From a virus (lineage: Duplodnaviria; Caudoviricetes): a stretch of DNA of 64,000 nt. The stretch spans positions 49,863 through 113,862 of IMG/VR virus record IMGVR_UViG_3300046710_000146; one strand, 5' to 3'. A model generated the notes under the pieces. It had not been told where the DNA came from. It worked only from the letters and a program-made list of their open reading frames with translations, and searched no databases. Position numbers and translations under genes: made by a program. Shown here piece after piece: positions 57,345-64,000 of the stretch (its first letter is position 1; the number at the start of each line of letters is the position of its first letter).

Positions 57345-57534
57345 GACCGGTGTCCTTCAGCACGCCGCTCTTCAGCGCCTTGTATGCACCCTTCCAGGTG
57401 TTCTTGGCAACGGAGATCGTGCCCTTGCGTTCAGCCACATACGCGACCTGCTGAATAGTCTTACCCTTTTCTTCGGCGGCGACCACCATGCCACGGGCGA
57501 TTGCACGAAGACGCTTTGCAGTTTTTTGGTTCAT
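57337..57534 (-). CDS. small basic hypothetical protein
   Basis: AAGGA RBS; TACAAT at 57563-57568(-). Confidence 0.7.
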   Translation of the reverse strand: MNQKTAKRLRAIARGMVVAAEEKGKTIQQVAYVAERKGTISVAKNTWKGAYKALKSGVLKDTGRV

Positions 57535-57598
57535 TGTCGGTTCCTTTAGTTGGTGACGTACAATTGTACACCACCGGAGCACCGACGAATAGCGCCTT

Positions 57599-57997
57599 TT
57601 AGGACGACTTTGCGAGTTTCACAGCCTTCGCCTTAACCCGAGCTTTCTTGGCCTTGACCTTGGCGCGGGCCAGCTTTTCTTCAGGCGAGAAGTGCGTTGG
57701 GTGCGTCATGCCCGTCTGATCTGTGGCATGCAACTTATGGTATTCCATCATCCCAATCAGAAAGTTTGGCACATCCTTAATGCCCATGCGTCGCCCCATA
57801 CTGAGAATCTTACCCTCAAATGCATTACACCCACGGTGAAGCACTGCACGAATGAAACCGTGCTCGTGATTATGGTCAAGCACAGCTTGCTCTTCAGAGC
57901 AAGGCTGTTTGCAGATGGCACAGGTGTATCCTTGGGCTTCAAGGAGTTGAAGCCGCGTAGATCTAACGAATTTGGATTTAAGCTTAGGAGAGGTCAT
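57599..57997 (-). CDS. gp49: recombination endonuclease VII
   Basis: CAIC, LDHNH..G.IR..L...CN..EG motifs. Confidence 0.88.
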   Translation of the reverse strand: MTSPKLKSKFVRSTRLQLLEAQGYTCAICKQPCSEEQAVLDHNHEHGFIRAVLHRGCNAFEGKILSMGRRMGIKDVPNFLIGMMEYHKLHATDQTGMTHPTHFSPEEKLARAKVKAKKARVKAKAVKLAKSS

Positions 57998-58001
57998 CCC
58001 C

Positions 58002-58007
58002 TATTTA
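58002..58007 (-). promoter_or_regulatory. late promoter TAAATA, 4 nt before ATG 57997
   Basis: TAAATA-gggg-ATG. Confidence 0.65.
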
Positions 58008-58021
58008 TTTCAGCCGGTTGG

Positions 58022-58624
58022 CTACTTCGCCTTCGTGAGCGTCGCCTCGAAGGTGCTTGACTTTTCAATCGCGTACTTGAAGTCATTTCCATCGTTTGAA
58101 CGAACCACATAGTCGCCATTGTTCAGGCGACCACCAACCTTGTCAATCATGACCTTCGTTGGTTCGCCTTCATACTGAAAGGCCTCAACCTTTTCAGGAT
58201 CAATGTACGTTGTGAAGCCCTCGGCATCCGGCTTTTGACCAGCACGAATTGGTTCAAGCGACGCCTTCAGTTCAACTGCGTCAAATTTGCCGAACGGTTT
58301 TCGTTGATCACCAACAATTGAGAACGCCTCGTATCGTGCTGGCGAGGAGCCCGGAATCGGCCGCACCTGGTACTGCATGCTGTTGTTGTACCATGCGGTC
58401 TTGTCCTTGTTCTCTTCCCAGACATCCTCAATATTCTGAGTTGCAAGGGCTTCTTCTTTGATACGCCGAGCCGTGCCGATCATGTCATCTTTGATGTTAA
58501 AGTCAACGGCCTTCAAATCTTCTTTGCGACGACGAACAGCAAGCTCTTTAGCGAGACCCCGTAGTGGCTTCCCATCCATTGAACGTGGGATGTCGGTTTT
58601 CTTCTTGATCTCGTGTAGGAACAT
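58022..58624 (-). CDS. hypothetical late protein
   Basis: MFLHEI N-terminus; GDYVV-type C-terminal domain. Confidence 0.7.
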   Translation of the reverse strand: MFLHEIKKKTDIPRSMDGKPLRGLAKELAVRRRKEDLKAVDFNIKDDMIGTARRIKEEALATQNIEDVWEENKDKTAWYNNSMQYQVRPIPGSSPARYEAFSIVGDQRKPFGKFDAVELKASLEPIRAGQKPDAEGFTTYIDPEKVEAFQYEGEPTKVMIDKVGGRLNNGDYVVRSNDGNDFKYAIEKSSTFEATLTKAK

Positions 58625-58633
58625 GGATGCCTT

Positions 58634-59041
58634 TTAATGCAGGAATTTTAGTTTGTAGCAGGTACGATCGATCAGCGTGAGGATCTCATCAATCGTGTTC
58701 TCAAGCTCAGTGTTACCCTCGCTGGCAGATGAACGATTCGAAGCAACCCATGCACGCAGCGTGCCAAGATAGGTAAGCGGTGGAGTGGATTGATCTGGCA
58801 TCATCGCCGGAATGCTGGCCATCTGACCAGTGATGCCCATGTGGCATTCAATGAAGCCATCAGCCAGCCCGGCAATCGCATCATAGAAGTCCCCAAGCGC
58901 AATGTGCTCAGCGTAGTTTGTCGAACGAAGATGCGCGATATGCATTGCAGTGCGAGCCGCAAAGCATAGAGCAACGAGTTCACTTGCAGCGGTGATACCA
59001 CCATCAGCTTCAGTTAGTTTACGAAGTTTACGAAGTTCCAT
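58634..59041 (-). CDS. ferritin/Dps-like four-helix protein (DUF5856-like)
   Basis: H..H..S..YAEH.ALG.FYD....L.D.F.E motif. Confidence 0.75.
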   Translation of the reverse strand: MELRKLRKLTEADGGITAASELVALCFAARTAMHIAHLRSTNYAEHIALGDFYDAIAGLADGFIECHMGITGQMASIPAMMPDQSTPPLTYLGTLRAWVASNRSSASEGNTELENTIDEILTLIDRTCYKLKFLH

Positions 59042-59077
59042 GTCATCCTCTTATCGGGTTGTTTGTGGGGTTTCCCA

Positions 59078-59083
59078 TATTTA
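59078..59083 (-). promoter_or_regulatory. late promoter TAAATA
   Basis: Intergenic motif copy. Confidence 0.65.
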
Positions 59084-59102
59084 CACCCGACAGGAACCGT
59101 AA

Positions 59103-60842
59103 TCAGGTTTCGACAATCACGCTGAAGCCATGTGTTTTCTGGATGACCATTGTTCGGTCAAGACGACCTTGGATATTCGGGTGATGGCTGATCACGTAGA
59201 TCCCCAGGCCATCATCACGTGCCTTCTCCTTCAGCACCCGAATGATGGCGTCGATGCCAGCACCATCAAGCTGCCCATCAAGCTCGTCGATCAATAGGAT
59301 GTTCGTCTTGGCGTGCAGATGATGTAGCACATCACGGAACGCCAAGGCAAGGGCTGCATTCACACGCTTCTTCTCGCCAGCCGACAAGTTACCAAAGTCC
59401 AGCTCACGGCCAAACTCAGACACCGTGCACGACATGTCTGCATCGAACTTCACGATGTGCGGCAGCCCAAGCTTCACCGTGTACTCGTTGATTCGGCCAT
59501 TCAGGAATGGGATTGTCTTGTTGATGATTCGCCGCCGTAGAAATGAGTCCTTGTTCGTTAGGAGCTTCAGCAGGAACTGTTGGTGCTCTAAGCGCTTACG
59601 AAGGGCATCGACCTTTTCAGTGTCGACCTGCTTTTGTGTTTCAGTCTGAAGCTGCTCGTGCGCTTCGTAGTGCGGGTTCTTGGTGTTTGCTAGATCGATA
59701 AGCTTTGCCTGCATTGCGGATGCATTCTCACGGACCTTCAGCAGCTCCTTGAGATTCGCGTGCTGGATCGCACCCTGAACCTCCTTCAAACGGGTCTGTT
59801 GCTCCTTGGCCTTCGCCTGAAGCTCGGTCACAATACCTTCGGTGTTCAGGAGCTTCTCACCATGCGCTTCAAGCTGCACTTCGATCTCAGCGAGCTTCTT
59901 CGGGGCATCAGCAAACAGCTGGGTACAGTACGGGCAACGAGCATCAGCCAGATGTGTCTGCTCCCCGAGGAGCTCACCAACTCGCTTGGTAAGAACCTGC
60001 AGATCTTTTTTGGCTGGTGCCAGCTTCGCGGCAAGATATGCACCTTCAGTGGTTAAGGTGGCCTTCTCATCGTGCAGCAGCTGTTCAAGCTCAAAGTCGA
60101 CGGTACCAAGCATGCCTAACGAGCTTTCAATGAGCTCAATTTCGGCGGTGCGCTGTTGCTCCCACCGCTGGATTCGAGCTTCAGCTTCCTCGATGTGCCG
60201 GTTGTGCAGCTCAATTGCCAGCTCCTGCTGCTTGGTCACCGCCTCCTGGATCTTCAGATCCTGCTCAGTCTGCTTCAACAGCTCCTTAAGCTTCACCGCC
60301 TTCTCAGACAACAGCGTGATGTTGAACAGCTCTTCAATCTGAGCACGTTGTTGCGCGACGGGGAGCTGCAGAAAGGCAACGGCATTTCCAGAGAAGATCA
60401 CGGTTTTTGTGAACAGCTCATAAGAGATCCCAATGATGTCCTCGATCATCGCATCGCATTCAATCACGCCTTTACCTGGTGTGATGTCATCACCGTTCTT
60501 GGTCACGCTAATCGAGTATGTCTCACCACGTTGTCGAACGATCTCATACTCATCGTTTCCACGGGTGAATGATAGTCGAACCTCCATCATCGTATTCTTC
60601 GTGGCGTTCGTGCTGTTTATCAGCCGCTGAAGTGAGATGTTGTCGAACGGTTTGTTGTACAACGCGTAGCACAACGCATTTATGATCGTAGTTTTTCCTG
60701 AACCATTTGACCCGCCTTGGTCAAGGTTCTGCCCCTCAATCGAGACCGTACCATTCTCAGACAGGTCAATGACCGTATCCTGATTTCCGAACGATAAAAA
60801 GTTCCGTAGCGCGAGTTCGTTGAAATGTAGAACTGTGCTCAT
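59103..60842 (-). CDS. gp46: SbcC/Rad50-like recombination ATPase
   Basis: NFLSFG, GSGKTT, CPYC zinc hook, LSAGE, LIDE motifs. Confidence 0.95.
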   Translation of the reverse strand: MSTVLHFNELALRNFLSFGNQDTVIDLSENGTVSIEGQNLDQGGSNGSGKTTIINALCYALYNKPFDNISLQRLINSTNATKNTMMEVRLSFTRGNDEYEIVRQRGETYSISVTKNGDDITPGKGVIECDAMIEDIIGISYELFTKTVIFSGNAVAFLQLPVAQQRAQIEELFNITLLSEKAVKLKELLKQTEQDLKIQEAVTKQQELAIELHNRHIEEAEARIQRWEQQRTAEIELIESSLGMLGTVDFELEQLLHDEKATLTTEGAYLAAKLAPAKKDLQVLTKRVGELLGEQTHLADARCPYCTQLFADAPKKLAEIEVQLEAHGEKLLNTEGIVTELQAKAKEQQTRLKEVQGAIQHANLKELLKVRENASAMQAKLIDLANTKNPHYEAHEQLQTETQKQVDTEKVDALRKRLEHQQFLLKLLTNKDSFLRRRIINKTIPFLNGRINEYTVKLGLPHIVKFDADMSCTVSEFGRELDFGNLSAGEKKRVNAALALAFRDVLHHLHAKTNILLIDELDGQLDGAGIDAIIRVLKEKARDDGLGIYVISHHPNIQGRLDRTMVIQKTHGFSVIVET

Positions 60843-61066
60843 TGGGTAATTGTAGCAATGCTAATTGTGACTGATTTATCCATTACCAAGACCTTGTTGT
60901 TTGGGAAGGCGGTGGCGACACCCGCTTTCAGCGCCTCAACGAACTGTGTTCGTTGAGCGGTGTTCAAATTAAGATCGACACGAATAATGATTACATCATC
61001 TGGGCCGATTGTAGTCTTGACAATGTCTTCAATGTCGAAAACTGCATCCTGTACTTTGAGCTTCAT
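60839..61066 (-). CDS. hypothetical protein
   Basis: ATGA overlap with gp46. Confidence 0.65.
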   Translation of the reverse strand: MKLKVQDAVFDIEDIVKTTIGPDDVIIIRVDLNLNTAQRTQFVEALKAGVATAFPNNKVLVMDKSVTISIATITQ

Positions 61067-61068
61067 AA

Positions 61069-61428
61069 TCAAGCGTGTTTCAGCAGATCGGGGGTAGCCT
61101 TCAGCAGGTTTAACAGCTCCTCCATCTCAATGACCTTAACGGTGAAGGTGCCAGCATCTTCGGCCTGCTGCACGAAGTCGGCGAACGTCATCGCCATGAT
61201 ACTTGACATTCGCTCAGCGGTGGAATGACAGATGTACGTGCTCCCACTTGACTGCGGCATGGTGTACTGTTCACCATCAAAGGTCACGCCCTCAATACCC
61301 GAGCTAAGCTTCCAGGAGTTCCCATGAGTGAATCCACCGTACCAACCGGCCAGGACTTTGTATATCTTGCCATGTTCAGCGCTATCAAGCTCAACGATGA
61401 CCCATGCGTTAGGATGGTAAGTGCTCAT
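61069..61428 (-). CDS. conserved phage hypothetical protein
   Basis: YKVLAGWYGG...SWKL.SG...SGS.Y.C motif. Confidence 0.75.
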   Translation of the reverse strand: MSTYHPNAWVIVELDSAEHGKIYKVLAGWYGGFTHGNSWKLSSGIEGVTFDGEQYTMPQSSGSTYICHSTAERMSSIMAMTFADFVQQAEDAGTFTVKVIEMEELLNLLKATPDLLKHA

Positions 61429-62507
61429 CAGTCAATCCCCAATTCTTCATATAGTTCGACCAACACCGTCGGGTCGATTGTTGTTGTTGCCACAACACCT
61501 TCGTGAATGAGACGCCGTACGGTGACGTCCAATGACGATAGATCCAGATCATCTTCGAGGTCTATGCCTTCACTAAGCGCATCTTTTTTAGATTGTATGT
61601 CTTCTTCTACTGAGAATTCACGCAAACCGAAGGTTGACATCATCTCTTCTCGAAGAGCCTGCACGTCGCTATACCCAACCTCGGCATCGAGAAGACATCG
61701 AACTCGGGAGCGGGCCGCGAAGGTCTCACCACCCGCCAGCACCGCGGTCAGACGGGTCTTGTAGAACAGCGGCGCGTTATCGTAGTTGAAGAACGTCATG
61801 TCCTCGGTATTCGTAACCAACATCGCCGCGCCACGCTCTGAATCGTTCGCATCGCCATACGTGGTCGGGAACGTGTTCCCAATGTAGATCACGTTCTTAT
61901 CGAGCTGCCGTTTGTGAAAGTGTCCACTAATAAGGTACTTTGGCCCAGTGAAGGCGCCGGCATCCGGGCCATGATCCAGCCGTCGATCGGTGCCTGACAC
62001 CACGAAGTTCCGGAACTCAAAGTGCCCAAGGACGTATTTGTACGAGTTGATCTTCTCGGCCAGCTCAGGGTACTCGTCCTTGAACAGAAATGGCGTTGCG
62101 AATAACTCGGGGGTGAGCTCCATCGGCTCGCTGATCAGCTTAAAGTTCTCCAGATCATGGAAGGGGTCCGTGCTGAACACCTCGCGATTTGAGCGATGGA
62201 ATAGATCGTGGTTCCCAATCAGGAAGTACACCGGGATCCCAAGTGCGTTCAGGCGGCGTGCGCCCTCTTGCGAGGCGATAAGGGTTCGAACATTGATCTG
62301 ATTCCGGTTCTCGTACCAGTCACCGAGGAACGCGATGTGCGTTGCTTTCTCTTTGACCGCAAGCTCACAGAACCATTCGATGTACTCGAGGCAGTCTGTC
62401 AGATGCTGATCTGAATTCGACCGAGCGCCCCAATGAATATCCGTGAACATCATTAGGCGCATCGGTTCGCTTTTCGTCTTAAATTTTTTAGAGGTTAGAG
62501 CCACCAT
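61428..62507 (-). CDS. gp47: SbcD/Mre11-like nuclease
   Basis: DIH, GD, GNHD, GHF, SGHFH metallophosphoesterase motifs. Confidence 0.95.
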   Translation of the reverse strand: MVALTSKKFKTKSEPMRLMMFTDIHWGARSNSDQHLTDCLEYIEWFCELAVKEKATHIAFLGDWYENRNQINVRTLIASQEGARRLNALGIPVYFLIGNHDLFHRSNREVFSTDPFHDLENFKLISEPMELTPELFATPFLFKDEYPELAEKINSYKYVLGHFEFRNFVVSGTDRRLDHGPDAGAFTGPKYLISGHFHKRQLDKNVIYIGNTFPTTYGDANDSERGAAMLVTNTEDMTFFNYDNAPLFYKTRLTAVLAGGETFAARSRVRCLLDAEVGYSDVQALREEMMSTFGLREFSVEEDIQSKKDALSEGIDLEDDLDLSSLDVTVRRLIHEGVVATTTIDPTVLVELYEELGID

Positions 62508-62586
62508 AGGATCTCACGGAGTTTAGGTGGCGATGGTGTATTGTAATCAAACGTCGTTACAATTCCTCTAGCAACTGTGTTCGGGA

Positions 62587-62769
62587 TCAGATGGCCGCGG
62601 GCTTTACGAATTCACGAGTTGTAATAACCCGCTCATCGTAGATGTACCGTTCAGCGGTTTCACCATCCTGAATGGTGAACTCCTCCACAAGCTTCGTGCC
62701 CTCATGCATGGTTACGAGGACCGCCTTGTCAGGTGAGACGTGCGCTTTGATGATTACGGTAGTTGTCAT
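62587..62769 (-). CDS. hypothetical protein
   Basis: AAGGA RBS. Confidence 0.6.
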   Translation of the reverse strand: MTTTVIIKAHVSPDKAVLVTMHEGTKLVEEFTIQDGETAERYIYDERVITTREFVKPAAI

Positions 62770-62771
62770 GT

Positions 62772-63005
62772 TTATTCCTTTACTGTGCCAGCTTCGATGC
62801 ACTCAATCCAACGCACATCCTTGATTACGTATCTCACGCTCGGCGCCGGGAGGCCGAACACCGAGAGGGCCTCGTCGATAAACTCGATAAGCACCGTATG
62901 TTTTGTGGTTTCAATGATCTTCGCAAGCTGCGCAAATCGTGTGCCAGGCACAACAACGTACCATCTACTGCCAATGGTGAATTCTTCTGGTGATGAAACT
63001 TGCAT
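62772..63005 (-). CDS. hypothetical protein
   Basis: GGAGG RBS; directly follows gp55. Confidence 0.65.
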   Translation of the reverse strand: MQVSSPEEFTIGSRWYVVVPGTRFAQLAKIIETTKHTVLIEFIDEALSVFGLPAPSVRYVIKDVRWIECIEAGTVKE

Positions 63006-63479
63006 TTAGTCCTCCGAACCACCGCCGAACGCGGTGTCATCGCTCGTCTTCCCAGATATGCCGTGCTTTGTTTGATAGTTGAAGGAAGGATTTGCCCCAG
63101 CCGAAATCAACAACTCATCGCGAATGTCACGTTCTTTGCGTTCACCATCGAGGTAAGACAGGAATGATCGATAGCAAGCCGTTGTGTAGTACGAGAATGG
63201 GTTCGGGTTCTCACTCTTTTCGGGGTTGAACTTATGCCAGTTCGCCACGAGGTTCACAACCGCTGAGCAGACCATATCTTCTCGGAACGAGTACCCGGCG
63301 AACCATGGGTGGTATGAATACTTTTCGGCAACCATCCATAGGTACTTTGCCATTTTATCAGTAAGCTTTCCATGTGCCTTTGACACATGGAACTCCTCTA
63401 GGAGTTGAGCATTCGTGACATAGTGCCCCTTGGTGCTTGTTGCTCGTTCTTTCTTGATTGGTTTCAGCTTTGTCGCCAT
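63006..63479 (-). CDS. gp55: late transcription sigma factor
   Basis: HYV.N..L, F.GYS.REDM, FNPEKS.NPF.Y.T motifs; T4-like 55-47-46 gene order. Confidence 0.92.
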   Translation of the reverse strand: MATKLKPIKKERATSTKGHYVTNAQLLEEFHVSKAHGKLTDKMAKYLWMVAEKYSYHPWFAGYSFREDMVCSAVVNLVANWHKFNPEKSENPNPFSYYTTACYRSFLSYLDGERKERDIRDELLISAGANPSFNYQTKHGISGKTSDDTAFGGGSED

Positions 63480-63514
63480 TAGGACCTCTCGGTGGTTGTA
63501 GGCGGCATGGTGGT

Positions 63515-63520
63515 ATTGTA
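63515..63520 (-). promoter_or_regulatory. TACAAT -10 element upstream of gp55
   Basis: GGTTACAAT; a second GTGATACAAT lies about 60 nt further upstream. Confidence 0.6.
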
Positions 63521-63629
63521 ACCTTATTCTACCCCCGCGCACAGTTAAGCCCAGGTCGACTGGATCTGTCCCCGCATTGTATCACGTCCTCGTTCACGGT
63601 TGCCCCTCGATCCCTTATTGTTACAGTTC

Positions 63630-63635
63630 TAAATA
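63630..63635 (+). promoter_or_regulatory. late promoter TAAATA in the loop of a 9-bp inverted repeat
   Basis: GTTACAGTT-cTAAATAgc-AACTGTAAC. Confidence 0.6.
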
Positions 63636-63656
63636 GCAACTGTAACGAGCATACCT

Positions 63657-64000
63657 ATGACTGACACCAAAAATCCCACCGTCGGTGAACAAACAAAACG
63701 CGCCGCCGTGATTATCGGTCGGTTTAATCCACCGACGATCGGGCACTATTCGATCATGGACGTGGTAAAGAAGTTCGTCCTGGAGCATAAGGACCTGCGA
63801 CTCGACGTTGTGCCAATCATTGTCGTGATTGAGGGCAAGGAGACGAGTAAGGATAAGAATCGAAATCCCTTAACTGGGGATGAGCGCGTGTCCTTCATGA
63901 TGGGCTCAGGCAATGCGGATGGGGTGAAGTTCTTGAAAGCTGGCTCCGCATTTGCTGCGTTCGAAGAGGTTCGCAAAGCCGGATTTGAGCCAATTGCAAT
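63657..64000 (+). CDS. cytidylyltransferase-like (HIGH-fold) nucleotidyltransferase, partial
   Basis: Manual translation gives IIGRFNPPTIGH ... NPL...ER; runs off the window edge. Confidence 0.85.
   Translation, partial: MTDTKNPTVGEQTKRAAVIIGRFNPPTIGHYSIMDVVKKFVLEHKDLRLDVVPIIVVIEGKETSKDKNRNPLTGDERVSFMMGSGNADGVKFLKAGSAFAAFEEVRKAGFEPIA

Noticed and set aside
27912-63479. Numerous plus-strand ORFs (e.g. 50073-50810, 52717-53436)
   Set aside because: Antisense shadows of long minus-strand genes, without RBS or recognisable motifs
1-64000. tRNA/rRNA genes, reverse transcriptase/DGR, integrase, stop-codon recoding
   Set aside because: No cloverleaf, RT or recombinase motifs seen by eye, and genes tile densely under the standard code; a tRNAscan/Infernal run would be needed to exclude RNAs formally

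Overview
This 64 kb window comes from a large lytic T4-superfamily-like myovirus (standard genetic code; host probably a Gram-negative bacterium, given the spanins). Bases ~135-27911 (+) carry replication and nucleotide genes: a DsbA/GapR-like protein, a family B DNA polymerase split into two ORFs, a probable sliding clamp, an RNase H/FEN, primase, helicase and exonuclease. The same arm holds an aaRS-II-like/HD/MazG cluster, an SLT transglycosylase and probable protease-processed internal head proteins. Bases 27912-63479 (-) carry PAAR, amidase, M23+GH108 lysin, spanins, fibre and baseplate genes, a divergent family A polymerase-like gene, endonuclease VII, gp46/gp47 and the gp55 late sigma factor. 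Two promoter grammars are readable by eye: TACAAT (sigma70-like -10) and TAAATA (late). Both repeatedly sit at a fixed distance from an ATG with no Shine-Dalgarno sequence, which suggests leaderless mRNAs. The main candidates for new biology are the mutually embedded promoters of the homing endonuclease and polymerase, the aaRS-like/HD/MazG module, the PolA-like gene beside a perfect 26-bp palindrome, and a ligase-like head protein. All product calls rest on motif recognition only; no database searches were run.
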